The notes beneath the pieces were generated by a model that was not told the origin of the DNA, ran no database searches, and saw only the letters and a list, made by a program, of their open reading frames with translations. From Squalus acanthias (Eukaryota): a stretch of DNA of 64,000 nucleotides. Positions 11,426-24,237 of this stretch are shown here, one piece after another. Both the position numbers and the translations under genes were made by a program. Position 1 is the first letter of the stretch. The number at the start of each line of letters is the position of its first letter. The stretch lies in contig CM059432.1 in assembly GCA_030390025.1 (NCBI GenBank), positions 57,538,001 to 57,602,000 of the forward strand, given 5' to 3'.

Positions 11426-14281
11426 AAAGACTCAGCACTCACAGCCCTCTGGGGCAGAGAATTCCAAAGATTCACAACCCTCTGAGTGAAGAAATTCCTC
11501 CTCATCTCAGTCTTAAATGACCTACCCCTTATCCTGAGACTATGCCCCCGCGTTCGAGACACTCCAGCCAGGGGAAACAACCTCTCAGCATCTACCCTGT
11601 CAATCCCCTTCAGAATTTTGTATGTTTCAATGAGATCACCTCTCATTCTTCTAAACTCCAGAGAGTATAGGCCCATTCTACACAATCTCTCATCATAGGA
11701 CAGCCCTTTCATCCCAGGAATCAATCTAGTGAACCTTCGTTGCACCGCCTCCAAGGCAAGTATATCCTTCCTTAGATAAGGAGACCAAAACTGTGCACAG
11801 TACTCCAGGTGTGGTCTCACCAAGGCCCTGTACAATTGTAGCAAGACTTCCTTACTCTTATACTCCAACCCCCTTGCAATAAAGGTCAACATGACATTTG
11901 CCTTCCTTATTGCTTGCTGTACCTGCATGCTAGCTGTCTGTGTTTTTTGCACGAGGACCCCCAAATCTCTCTGAACACCAACATTTGAAAGTTTCTCAAC
12001 ATTTTAAAAAAATTCTCTTTTTCCAATCTTCCTACCAAAGTGAATAACCTCACATTTCCCTACATTATACTCCATCTGCCACCTTACTGCCCACTCACTT
12101 AACCTGTCTATATCCCTTTGCAGATTCTTTGTGTTCTCCTCACAGCTTACTCTCCCACCTAGCTATGTATCATCAGCAAACTTGGATACATTACATTCGG
12201 CCCCTTCATCTAGGTCATTAATATAGATTGTAAATAACTGAGGCCCCAACACTGATCCTTGCGGCACCCCACTAGTTACAGGCTGTCAACTTGAAAAAGA
12301 TGTGTTTTCTGTCCATTAAGTAATCCTCTATCCATGCTACTATATTACCCCCAACCCCATGAGCCCTAATCTTGTGTAATAACCTTTTATGTGGCACCTT
12401 ATCGAATGCCTTTTGGAAATCCAAATATACTACATCCACTGGTTCCCCTTTATCTACCCTGTTAGTTACATCCTCAAAAAACTCTAATAAATTTGTCAAA
12501 CACGTGTTCCCTTTCATAAAACCATGTTGACTCTGCCTAATCATGTTATGATTTTCTAAGTGCCCTGATACTACTTCCTTAACAATGGATTCCAGCATTT
12601 TCCTGACGACTGATGTCAGTCTAACTGGCCTGTAGTTCCCTGTTTTTTCTCTCACTCCTTTCTTGAATAGCAGTGTTACATTTACGACCTTCCAATCCGC
12701 TGGGACCATTCCAGAATCTAGGGAATTTTGGAAGATCAAAACTAATGCATCCACTATCTCTTCAGCCACCTCTTTTAGAACCCTAGGATGTAGGCCGTCA
12801 GGTCCAGGGGATTTGTCAGCTTTTAGTCGCATTAGTTTCTCTAGTAGTTTTTCTCTACTTATAATGATTACGTAAAGTTCCTCACCCTCATTAGACCCTT
12901 AGTTCCCCACCATTTTTGGTATACTTTTTGTGTCTGTGAAGACAGATACAAAATATTTGTTTAACGTTTCTGCCATTTCCTTATTCCCCATAATAATTTC
13001 TCCTGTCTCAGCTTCTAAGGGACCAACGTTTACTTTTGCTATTCTCTTCCTTTTCACATACTTGTAGAAACTCTTACAATCTGCTTTTATATTTCTTGCT
13101 AGTTTACTCTCATTCTATTTTTCCCTTTTTATCAATTTTTTGGTCAACCTTTGCTGGTTCTGAAACTCTCCCAATCCTCAGTCTTACTATTATTTTTTGC
13201 AACATTATAAGCTTCTTCTTTCAATCTAATGCTATCCTTAACTTATTTAGTTAGCCACGGTTGGATCACTTTTCCCGTGGAGTTTTTGTTTCTCAATGGA
13301 ATGTACTTTTGTTAAGAATTATGAAATATTTCTTTAAATGCTAGCCACTGCTTATCTACCGCCATACCTTTTAATCTATTTTTCCAATCTACCTTAGCCA
13401 ACTCCCTCATACCTATGTAATTGGCTTTATTTAAGTTTAAGACTCTAGTTTCGGACTTAGGCAAGTCACTCTCAAAATGATAGTGAAATTCTATCATATT
13501 ATGATCACTGTCCCAGAGGATCCTTTACTATGAGATTGCTAATTAACCCTGTCTCATTACACAATGCAAGATCTAAAATAGCCTGTTCCCTGGTTGGTTC
13601 CATGACATGTTGTTCTAGGAAACTGTCCCAAATGCATTCCATGAACTCGTCCTCTAGACTACCTTTGCCAATTTGATTTGTCCTGTCTATATGAAGATTA
13701 AAGTCCCCCAAGATTATTGCATTACCTTTGTTGCAAGCTCCTACTATTTCTTGATTAATATTCTGTCCAACGGTATAGCTACTGTTAGGGGGCCTTTATA
13801 CTACTCCTACCAGTGTTTTCTGCCCCTTGTTATTCCTTATCTCCACCCATACTGATTCTACTTCCTGATCTTCCGAGCCGAGATCCTTTCTCGCTACTGT
13901 CCTTATGTCATCCTTTATTATCAGGGCTACTCCCCTTCCTTTTCCATTCTGTCTGTCTTTTCGATACGTCAAGTACCATGGAACATTTAGTACTCAACCT
14001 TGGCCACCTTGCAACCATGTCTCTGTAATGGCTATTAGATCAAACCCATTTATCTCTATTTGCGCCATTAGTTCGTCTATCTTGTTACGAATGCTTTGTG
14101 CATTCAGATAAAGAACCTTTAATTAAACATTTTTACCATTATTCCCTGCTTTGACCTATTTCTCTGCTGCACTGCTACCATTAAACTTTCTGTTCCTACC
14201 CAAATTGCTACACTGCTCTATTGCCTTGACCTTTCTCTTTAGATTTCTAAGTTTCCCTCACCTGACCCCTCCCCTCCTTTT

Positions 14282-15238
14282 TTAGTTTAAAGCCCTATCT
14301 ACAGCCCTAGTTATTCGATTCACCAGGACGCTGGTCCCAGCCCGCTTTAAGTGGAGCCCGTCCCGACGGAACAGCTCCCTCTTTCCCCAGTACTGGTGCC
14401 AGTGCCCCATGAATTGAAACCCCTTTTTCCCACACCACTCTTTGAGCCACGCATTTAACTCTCTGATCTGCTTGACCCTATGCCAATTTGCGCGTGGCTC
14501 AGGTAGTAATCCAGAGATTATTACCTTTGTGGTTCTGCGTATTAATTTAGACCCTAGCTCCTCAAACTCCCTCAGCAGAACCTCATTTTTAGTTCTACCT
14601 ATGTCGTTGGTTCCTACATGGACCATGACAACTGGATCCTCCCCCTCCCACTCCAAGTTATTCTCTAGCCAGGAGGAGATATCCTTAACCCTGGCACCGG
14701 GCAGGCAACACAGCCTTCGGGACTCCCTTTCGCAGCTGCAGAGAACAGTATCTATCCCCCTGACTATACTGTCCCCTACTACTACCACATTCCTTCCTTC
14801 TCCCCCCAATTGGATGGCCCCCTGTACCACAGTGTCGTGGTCAGTTTGCCCATCCTCCTTGCAGTCCTTTTCCTTATCCATACAGGTAGAAAGTACCTCG
14901 TACCTGTTGGACAAGGTCCAGGGCTGAGGCTCCTCCATCACTACATCCTGGGTCCCCATACCTTCCTGACTCGCAGTCACACCCTCCTGTCCCTGACCAC
15001 TGACAAACTCTACAGTACTACTTAACCTAAAGGGTGTGACTGCCTCCTGGAACAAAGTGTCCAGAAAACTCTCCCCCTCCCTAATGCAGCGCAATGTCTG
15101 CAGCTCGTACTCCAGCTCAACAATTCTGAGCCGAAGTTCCTCGAGTTGCAGACACTTACTGCAGATGTGGTTGCTCGGGATCTCGATGCTCTCCACAGAC
15201 TCCCACATGCTGCAGTTACGACACACCTGCCCTGCCAT
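14282..15238 (-). CDS. CR1 ORF1p: zinc finger / leucine zipper plus SGNH (GDSL) esterase domain, 318 aa, uninterrupted
   Basis: CRNC...CSKC followed by heptad leucines; esterase blocks VVGDSIVR, LPGA, VGTND and DGLH. Confidence 0.9.
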   Translation of the reverse strand: MAGQVCRNCSMWESVESIEIPSNHICSKCLQLEELRLRIVELEYELQTLRCIREGESFLDTLFQEAVTPFRLSSTVEFVSGQGQEGVTASQEGMGTQDVVMEEPQPWTLSNRYEVLSTCMDKEKDCKEDGQTDHDTVVQGAIQLGGEGRNVVVVGDSIVRGIDTVLCSCERESRRLCCLPGARVKDISSWLENNLEWEGEDPVVMVHVGTNDIGRTKNEVLLREFEELGSKLIRRTTKVIISGLLPEPRANWHRVKQIRELNAWLKEWCGKKGFQFMGHWHQYWGKRELFRRDGLHLKRAGTSVLVNRITRAVDRALN

Positions 15239-15493
15239 CTCTAACCTTGTTTTATTTATTAATTAATTAGTTAAATATTTTATTCAATCGATATTTTAGG
15301 TTTATTGTTTGATTATTTTATTCAGTTTAAGTTATTAATTTAATAAGTACTAGCAAGTTACAGTTTTTCAGCTCTTAATTTAACCCCCTTCCCTAATTTA
15401 GGGAGCAAAATGAGCTGTAATACTCACCAACCAATCACCTACCTGCTCTCCTGTGACATCACACTTTGATGTTGTTTTTGAATCGGAGCCTTG

Positions 15494-15853
15494 CGCTGCC
15501 GCTGCTTTAATTCAGGTTCACTCTCGGGCCGCTCTTTATCCTCTCGCCGCTGCCGCTGCTTTAATTCAGGTCCGCTCTCGGGCCGCTCTTTATCCTCTCG
15601 CCGCTGCCACTGCTTTAATTCAGGTCCGCTCTCGGGCCTGCTCTTTATCCTCTCGCCGCTGCCGCTGCTTTAATTCAGGTCCGCTCTCGGGCCGCTCTTT
15701 ATCCTCTTGCTGCTGCTTTAATTCATGTCCCCTCTCAGGCCTCCCTTTATCCTCTCCCCACTGCCGCTGCTTTAATTCAGCTCCGCTCTTGGGCCTCCCT
15801 TTATCCTCTCGCCACTGCCACTGCTTTAATTCAGGTCTGCTCTCGGGCCGCTC
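15494..15853. repeat. Tandem ~54-bp repeats in the CR1 5' UTR (6-7 units)
   Basis: Unit cgctgccgctgctttaattcaggtccgctctcgggccgctctttatcctctcgc with small variants. Confidence 0.9.
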
Positions 15854-16356
15854 ATGGGCGTGATGGAATACTTTCCACTTGCCTGGATGAGTGCAGCTCC
15901 AACAACACTCAAGAAGCTCGACACCATCCAGGACAAAGCAGCCCGCTTGATTGGCACCCCATCCACCACCTTGAACATTCACTCCCTCCACCACTGGTGC
16001 ACCGTGGCTGCAGTGTACACCATCTACAAGATGCACTGCAGCAACTCGCCAAGGCTTCTTCGGCAGCACCTCCCAAACCCATGACCTCTTCCACCTAGAA
16101 GGACAAGGGCAGCAGGCGCATGGGAACACCACCACCTGCAAGTTCTCCAAGTCACACACCATCCAGACTTTTCTTCATCATCCCTGAGTCAAAATCATAT
16201 AACTCTCTCCCTAACAGCACTGTGGGAGTACCTTCACCACATAGACTGCAGCCGTTCAAGAAGGTGGCTCACCACCACCTTCTCAAGGGCAATTATGGAT
16301 GGGCAATAAATGCTGGCCTTGCAAGCGATGCCCACATCCCAGGAACGAATAAAAAG
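15854..16356 (+). mobile_element. 3' fragment of the same non-LTR family as 2182-2698
   Basis: MEYFPLAWMSAAPTTLKKLDTIQDKAARLIG...; ends gggcaataaatgctggcc...gaataaaaa. Confidence 0.75.
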
Positions 16357-16884
16357 CATATGTGTTCACCCCACTAATAGCTTCACATTGTATGTAATTG
16401 CTTGTTGCGTGCACTTGTCATCACCCCATTATGGTCTGCCTGCTGACACTATCATGTTACTACTTATATTGAAAGTGACATGTGAACTCTGTCCCTCAGC
16501 AATGGTTTCTAACCTCTGTTCCTCTTTTCCTTTTCTAGATCTATATCTTCACTTCCTCAAATCAGCGGGATGTAAGGTTGTGCCTACCTGGCACACAATT
16601 GTGTTAATCAATCATTGCCAGAACTATCATGCCTTCATTTCCACAGCCAACACCCTTTACCATGACTATCCTGGAGAGCAAGCACAATCCAAGGCCCCTT
16701 TTCTCCATGAGTAACCCACTTCCTTAAATATATTTTCTCATCTCCTCCATGATTACCTCAAAGGCCAAGTGCAAAGAGCTCTAAGGCTGAGACCAACCAT
16801 GCTGTTGTATCCCGTCCTTCCTCTCCCCTAGCTCCCCCAGACCCCAGTCTAGCACCCATTCTAACTCTGATCCTTGCCATTGTC

Positions 16885-17346
16885 AGATATAGCTCAGTAG
16901 GTAGCACATTTGCCTCTGAGTCAGAAGGTTGTGGGTTCAAGTCCCACTCCAGGGACTTGAGCACATAAAGCTAGGCTGACACTCTAGTGCAGTGCTGAGG
17001 GTGTGCTGCACTGTCTGAGGTGCCGTCTTTCGGATGAGATGTTAAACTGAGGTCACGTCTACTCTCTCAGGTGGATGTAAAAGATCCCATGGCACTATTT
17101 CGAAGAAGAGTAGGGGAGTTATCCCCGGTGTCCTGGCCAATATTTATCCCTCAACCAACATCACTAAAACAGATTATCTGGTCATTATCGCATTGCTGTT
17201 TGTGGGACCTTGCTATGAGCAAATTGACTGCCGTGTTTCCCACATTACAACAGTGACTATACTCCAAAAGTACTTCATTGACTGTAAAGTGTTTGAGACG
17301 TCCGGTGGTCGTGAAAGGCGCTATATAAATGCAAGTCTTTCTTTCT
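16885..17346 (+). mobile_element. tRNA-derived SINE with Deu domain (SacSINE1/AmnSINE1-like DeuSINE)
   Basis: A box tagctcagtagg and B box ggttcaagtcc. Central gatgtaaaagatcccatggcact...ggtgtcctggccaatattt is recognised as Deu-domain-like. L2-type tail aaggcgctatataaatgcaagtctttc. Confidence 0.8.
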
Positions 17347-17349
17347 GCA

Positions 17350-20170
17350 GTTTCTGTCTCATGTCTCCCTTCCTCCTCCAACCTTATCTCTTTCATGAAA
17401 TCTATCTCCTGCTTGGTTGAAGCCTTACCCATTCGTCTCCTTACTGTTCAACTGTGCCCTTTGGCCTCCTTGCTAGCTGACAATGTTAATGGATCCCTTT
17501 GCTCAGGCACCCTTCTCCCTTTCAAAACTGCCATCATCACCATTTACCTCAAAAAACCCACCCCTCCAATTTTCACCTCATCTCCAACCTCCTTTTGCTC
17601 TCCAAAATTCTTACACAGGGCATTCCATGTTCCCCCTAAGATGCGCAGCCGCAATTGTGAAGTCCCATGCAGGCCACACACCAGCTGCTGCTGCTTGAAG
17701 AGATACCGCACATGTGCAGCTGCGCAGCAAATTTAAAGGGACTGTGCAGGGGAAAAAAATTAGAGGGAACATTGATGGCGTTGCCTCTCAGCTATTCAAT
17801 TCCATTCAGTCTTTCTCACTGCACTGAGATTGCCTTGGTCAAAAATTAGAATTACATTCTCTGTGTGTTTGACCATGGTGCATTGTCCCTTCTTGGCTTC
17901 CTCCTTCATTGCTTCTTCTCTGTTATCCAACCTTATGGAACTGCCCTGTAGAATTCGCAATATATCGCGATTTTATAAATAAGGAGAAAACACATAGTTT
18001 CGTTCAAACAGCTTTTATTTCAGCAGAATGCTGTCAGGTTTTCAAAGTGGACACAAGCAGCCTGTAAAATGGCCGCCGCACCTCGTGGCGGAACATTCTA
18101 GACTTTTCGACAGACAGACAAGATGGCGTTCCAATAAACATTTGTGCAAGATCGATTAAGATTCAGCACATTGAAGATAATACACGAGACATCATGGGTT
18201 TGCAGTATACACATAGATACTGAAATCGGTCTCCCGGGTACGAATAAAGGCTATTGTACCAAGTAATCAAGGGCCCATCCAAAGACATTAATATGTAAAA
18301 TCCCAACGACTCTACGATGAGAGAGCCGTTAGCGGGTAGTTACAGAAGACACTTGGAAGCCCCAAAACCCCTCCAGGGAGAACACCGACCGATTTAACAA
18401 TGGGAGAAATATTAACAGGTACTCAGACATTTACGAGTAGCCCCGAAACCCATTAAAAACGGAGATCACCTATACAAGACATTTGAGCGCCAAACCCAAA
18501 CAAAAGAAAAGGCATTAAGGTTGGGCGGGAAACGGAAGATTTTGTACTATAATTACAAGCTCCAACCGTCCATCTCTCTCTTATCCGATTGACTCTTATC
18601 CTCGTGGCTGCTCCTGTGTTCTTGACTCGCCGTCTTGTTCCTGCTTGCCTGGTGTCTCTTTTAAAAGGACTGTTGAACTTTGTGATCCGTTCGGATCTAC
18701 CTCGTGTCGTGTCACGAAGACCTATGTTGGTAACCGGCATCGGAACCAAAGGCCCGAGAAGAGATGAGATGAGATGAGAAGAGACGAAGACCATACTTAT
18801 CGCCACGGTCAGTAAGCCCCGACCGCGCCTGTAGGTCGAATAGACATTTCTCCTTGCCAGGAAGACTTCTTTGAACTTTAAAGAACGGACCCCGGAAGAT
18901 TCTCCTTTGAGATATTGACTGATCTGTGAAACCCATCAGGGCAGATCCTCATGACGGACACCGAGAGATTATTCTCTTAAGTGTTGACTGATATGTGAAA
19001 CCAACCAACACAGATCTTCATCACAACAGACGTTCCAGCCTGCTAGCCGGAGCAGAAGCAAGTAAACAAGTAGGGCCAGGAGACCCCCTGATCGACACGT
19101 GGGTGCTGCGGTGAAAACATCCGATCAGCTATTCGGAATTTCTCCGAGTTATCACGAGTGGTGAGCATGAGTCTCGAATCCTACGAATCTAGCTAGGACA
19201 GATATTGATAGGGGAGGGTTTAAGTATTAAGGATACTTGTAATGTGTGCCCCCATTTACGGTGTGTCGTTCGTTCCTCGTTTCCCTAGAATTAGCTACAT
19301 AACTGCGTGTAAGATTGTACTGTCATTAATCTGTGCTTATGACATGTATTTCGTAATCTTAAATATTATGCAATAAAGATTTTTCCATTTCGTACCATTC
19401 AACCGAGTCTACATGAGTTTCATCTCCATTACTGCTCTCGCATCTAAGTCCAGTGTCTAGAACCGTAAGGGCGAGTGATTCGAACCACTCACAGGTGTGT
19501 CTAGTGTTCCCAGACTGGCTGGAGACCAGAACAGGCAACAAGGCCTAAACCCGCACTGACATACAGGCTGCACAGAGCCGCGCGAATCTCACAGGCTGAG
19601 AGACACGCACGCAAACCCTTACAGCCCTTATGTGGCCCCTCTCCTACCTATCTGAATGCAGCTAGCACGTCTGCAGCAATGCTTTCTCTTCCTGGTCCTG
19701 CGCCATCACCTCTGGAATTCTCCAAGGAATTAACCTAGGCCCCTCCTCTTCCTACAACTGAAAATTGGGAAGAACAAAGCAATCATCTTCGGTCTCCACC
19801 ACAAACTCCATTCCCTTGCCACTGACTCCTTCCCCTTCTTGGCCTCCAGCTCAGGCTGAACCAGACTGTATGAAAGTATGATATCCTGTTTGACCCTGAG
19901 CTGAGGTTCAGACCCCATATCCTTTGCATTACTTACTCCCACATCTGCACCTCTAGAGTTGATTTCTCCAACGTCCTCCTTGCTGGCTTACCATCCTCCA
20001 TAAACTCCAACTTGTCCAAAACTCAGCCACCCGTATCCTATCCCACACTAAGTCCTCCCATCATCCCTGACCTTGGTGACAGTGGAATTGAACTTAAAAT
20101 CCTCATCCCTGTCTTCAAATCTCTTCAAGCTCTACTGCTTCCTACTGCTGTAACCTTCTCCAGCCTGGAA
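17350..20170 (+). mobile_element. Old L2-type LINE relic, interrupted by a solo LTR
   Basis: C/T-rich degraded RT, including HCTEIALVK (~HSTETALVK) near 17820; similar to 53990-55320. Confidence 0.55.
17947..19623. mobile_element. 1677-bp solo LTR
   Basis: TGTA...TACA termini with 4-bp TSD gccc (17943-46 and 19624-27). CpG-rich relative to flanks; aataaa near 19372; no long ORF. Confidence 0.8.
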
Positions 20171-20429
20171 TCTCCTCCCAAATCCTTTAGTCTTCTGACT
20201 GAATTAAATTGTACACTTCACCAAATAAGTCAGAAGTTGGAAATCAACACAACTGAGGTCAAAATGGATACACTATGGACTGGATTGTAGTTTGTCTGGA
20301 TTTGAATGTCCAAATCATGTCTTTGTGTAGTGGGGCCTCATAGCAGCATCTCATACTGTTGTTTTATTCATCCTGAACACTATGTAATGCCTAATGAAGG
20401 AGTCCTTCAATGCTCCATGCTCACAAGTC

Positions 20430-21180
20430 TGCCAGGCAGATTGGGAGGTGAATGGTCATTGGATGTGGATGTCAATAACATTAAAGTTAACTTCAAACTA
20501 AATTCGGGAGCACCTCTTCCTAACAAGATCTATAGAAGTCTGAACACGAATAATAGACTGTTTCCTGTAGTCTGTAATGGCAAAACTGAAGTACTAGAGT
20601 TAATGATCATTGCCATAGAAGTATGACTAAATGGAGGTTTAAAAGTATGTGACAAACTGTAGCTCATAATGTAACTGTTGAATGTTATTGGTTACTCAAA
20701 TGTGGTACAACAGTATGTATGCAGGGCAGGTTGAAGGATTAGGATCCCTACCAGCTAAGCACCATATAGCTGTTGAGGAAGGAGCTCAAGCTCAAGAAGG
20801 AGGAAGCATGCATTCAGAAATATACACTTTCCACTAAGAAATAAACTGAAAATCAAACTTAATCACATGGAAGAGATGGACATAATCAACAAAGTTGATC
20901 AACTGGGTTAACATGCTAGTTATAGATAATAATGTATTAAAAATGGCAAATTGCAAGTGTGCTTAGCTCCAAGAGACCTTAACAAAGTCATAAATTGATA
21001 GATTTTACATAACCTGGTTGGAGCTTTTAGTGCTGGGAACACAAAATCTTAAAATCTACCCTAACAAGGGAACATTTTAAGCTATCAACACAAGTGGAAA
21101 TCACAGTTCAGTTTCCTAATGCAAAAATCTGCAATAAGCTAGATGTATTGTTGGGATCTGAGAAATCAAATTAGGTGAAC
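20430..21180 (+). pseudogene. Degenerate Gypsy protease and RT N-terminus
   Basis: EWSLDVDVNNIKVNFKLNSGA (~FKLDTGA), KLNHMEEMDIINKV..WVNMLV..KNGKLQVCLAPRDLNKVI and FPNAKICNKLD, with frameshifts. Confidence 0.7.
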
Positions 21181-21780
21181 CCTCATATGTCAGGTTCTGT
21201 GGCTGCCCAAATCCGTTGGCTCAATGGGTAAGTGATTGCAGTTGAAAGCTTGTTCAGGAAAACAAAACAAAGTGGTCAAGAAGTGTGCAAATGTCTTCTG
21301 ATTTACAGGAGCTCACCGTTAGTGTGCAATAAGTAACCAAGGAACTGTTTGTGAATCGAAGAGTAGGGTCAAACAAATGAAGACCTGCTTCACTCAGAGG
21401 ATTCAAAATTCATTAGGAAGAAGCTAGTGCAGAAATACAACAGAAGCCAGCCCATGACCGCAAGGCATGCAGTTTAGCTCCGTTTCTGCCAATAATGTGG
21501 CCTCTGCATGAGGACCATATTAGCGGCCCATAGGCAGATCTTTGAATGATGGACCATTATGTAATTTTAATGTTTCATTTGACAACTTTAATTTGAACAA
21601 AATAGAATAGAGTTGTGTATTTTAATGTGTGAATTCTATCATTAGAATTTAAAATATTTATGAGTTTTTAGGAGATAGAATATTGATTTTGTAAAACATG
21701 TATTCCCTTCAACCTTTTATTAATAATGTTGTCAGAGTGGTCCATTGTTCTAATGATATCCTGAAGGCCAAAGTCACAGT

Positions 21781-23358
21781 TTGGTCTGCATCCCAGAGTA
21801 CTTAAGGAGGTGGCCTTGGAAATAGTGGATGCATTGACGATCATTTTCCAACATTCCTTAGACTCTGGATCAGTTCCGATGGAGTGGAGGGTGGCCAATG
21901 TAACCCCTCTTTTTAAAAAAGGAGGGAGGGAGAAAGCAGGGAATTATAGACCGGTCAGCCTGACATTGGTCGTGGGTAAAATGATGGAAGCAATTATTAA
22001 AGATGTCATAACAGACCATTTGGAAAGTGGCGACATGATAGGTCCAAGTCAGCATGGATTTGTGAAAGGGAAATCATGCTTGACAAATCTTCTGGAATTT
22101 TTTGAGGATGTTTCCAATAGGGTGGACAGGGGGGAACCAGTAGATGTGGTGTATTTGGACTTTCAGAAGGCCTTCGACAAGGTCCCACACAAGAGATTGG
22201 TGAGCAAAGTTAAAGCACATGGGATTGGGGGTAATGTGTTGACGTGGATTGAGAACTGGTTGGCACACAGGAAACAAAGAGTAGGAGTAAATGGGTACTT
22301 TTCAGAATGGCAGGCAGTGACCAGCGGGGTACCGCAGGGTTCGGTGCTGGGACCCCAGCTGTTTACATTATATATTAATGATTTGGACGAAGGGATTAAA
22401 TGTAATATCTCCAAATTTGCGGATGACACTAAATTGGGAGGCAGTGTGAACAATGAGGAGGATGTTAGGAGGCTACAGAGTGACTTGGACAGGTTGGGTG
22501 AATGGGCAAATGTATGGCAGATGAAGTACAATGTGGATAAATGTGAGGTTATCCACTTTGGTGGTAAAAATAGAGAGGCGGACTATTACCTGAATGGTGG
22601 CAGATTAGGGAAAGGGGAGGTGCAACGAGACCTGGGCGTCATGGTACATCAGTCACTGAAGGTGGGAATGCAAGTGCAGCAGGCAGTCAAGAAAGCAAAC
22701 GGAATGATGGCCTTCATAGTAAGGGGATTTGAGTACAGGAGTAGGGAGGTGATGCTGCAGTTGTACAGGGCCTTGGTGAGACCACACCTGGAGTATTGTG
22801 CGCAGTTTTGGTCTCCTAACTTAAGGAAGGACATTCTTGCTATTGAGGGAGTGCAGCGAAGGTTCACTAGATTGATTCCTGGGATGGCCGGTCTGACATA
22901 TCAAGAAAGATTGGGTCAACTGAACTTGTATCCTCTGGAGTTCAGAAGAATGAGGGGGGATCTTATAGAGACATTTAAAATCCTGACTGGTTTAGACAAA
23001 TTAGATGCGTGCAGAATGTTCCCAATGTTAGGGAAAACTAGAACCAGGGGTCACAGTCTAAGGATTAAGGGGAAGCCATTTAAGACTGAGCTGAGGAGGA
23101 ACTTCTTCACCCAGAGAGTGGTGAATCTATGGAATTCTCTTCCACAGAAGGTTGTTGAGGCCAGTTCGCTAAATATATTCAAAAGGGAGTTAGATATAAC
23201 ACTCACAACTAGGGGGATCAAGGGGTATGGCGAGAAAGCAGGAATGGGGTACTGAGGTAGCATGTTCAGCCATGAACGCATTGAATGGCGGTGCAGGCTC
23301 GAAGGACCGAATGGTCTACTCCTGTACCTATTTTCTATGTTTCTATGTTTCTATGTTT
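21781..23358 (+). mobile_element. 5'-truncated young CR1 with (ttctatgt)n tail
   Basis: Uninterrupted RT ORF followed by 3' UTR and three octamer tail repeats. Confidence 0.95.
21810..23255 (+). CDS. CR1 ORF2 reverse transcriptase and C-terminal domain (481 aa open; no endonuclease)
   Basis: [35 protein letters not shown]. Confidence 0.85.
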   Translation: MALEIVDALTIIFQHSLDSGSVPMEWRVANVTPLFKKGGREKAGNYRPVSLTLVVGKMMEAIIKDVITDHLESGDMIGPSQHGFVKGKSCLTNLLEFFEDVSNRVDRGEPVDVVYLDFQKAFDKVPHKRLVSKVKAHGIGGNVLTWIENWLAHRKQRVGVNGYFSEWQAVTSGVPQGSVLGPQLFTLYINDLDEGIKCNISKFADDTKLGGSVNNEEDVRRLQSDLDRLGEWANVWQMKYNVDKCEVIHFGGKNREADYYLNGGRLGKGEVQRDLGVMVHQSLKVGMQVQQAVKKANGMMAFIVRGFEYRSREVMLQLYRALVRPHLEYCAQFWSPNLRKDILAIEGVQRRFTRLIPGMAGLTYQERLGQLNLYPLEFRRMRGDLIETFKILTGLDKLDACRMFPMLGKTRTRGHSLRIKGKPFKTELRRNFFTQRVVNLWNSLPQKVVEASSLNIFKRELDITLTTRGIKGYGEKAGMGY

Positions 23359-24237
23359 CAACTACCGTTTTAAATTTACCTCCCCACTCTGGTGTGGTTT
23401 AATAAGTTGCTGGCCTGTCTGTTGGATGCAACATCTCATAGATTGGAGCACTTCATTTTTGGGGGAAAAGAAGGAAATAAGAGACAGGGAGACCAATTGC
23501 ACTGAGTCTAACTTGCTCACCTGACTGAGAGCAACAAAAGTAGATACAACAGGTGCTAAATTTGTGAATGCAATCAAAAATGTTGGAGGTTGTTTCATGA
23601 ATGCAAAAAGTAAGAAATTAATTTTGGATGATGCATCTCGTTTATATGCTGGGAAATAAATCAACATAATTAGACAGAATGGAATAAAAGCACTATAGTA
23701 TAATAAAAATACTATGTTTTCTTTTTTATAACTTAAAAATAAGACCTAATTAACATTCTATCAAATTCATATTGTATTATAACAGAAGGCTTGAGAAGGA
23801 AATCTTCAGAAGAATGAGCGCAAGGTTTTAGAAATAGAAGGATTTTGAGATAAGAATTCTGCTCCTGTGCGCCTGTGTGAAGTGGATTCAGGGTGTGGGC
23901 GCATTAGAGCAATGAGGAAAATCTGCTCTCTAATGTATTCCTGGCTTCGCAATGGTCGCATGAGGCATTGAGGACAGCTTTCTCCAATGAGTGGGAGAGG
24001 GGGAGAGCCAATGAACATCACTGGTCTACATCTGCACATTTCCGCACAGCTTGTTACAGAGTGGCATTGGTTACAGCTGGGAACAGGTCAGGAACAAACC
24101 ATTTGGTATCTAAAGAAGAGTAAACAAAACTAAAGGAAATAGATAAACAAAATATGTAGAAAGGGCTGAGAGGCAGCATACCATAGAATAAAACAGCAAA
24201 ACAAAAAGATCAAACATTACTAAGCACAATTTTACCC

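Larger units (their letters stand above)
11426..15853 (-). mobile_element. Near full-length CR1 LINE (5' UTR, intact ORF1, decayed ORF2)
   Basis: RT fragments 11407-12832, endonuclease fragments 13312-14120, ORF1 14282-15238 and a tandem-repeat 5' UTR. Confidence 0.95.

Noticed and set aside
15494..15853. ORFs 15453..15863 and 15620..16162 as repeat proteins
   Set aside because: By-products of a 54-bp tandem array in a CR1 5' UTR.
16885..16965. tRNA gene
   Set aside because: A/B boxes are present, but it continues directly into the SINE body and tail and lacks a full cloverleaf.
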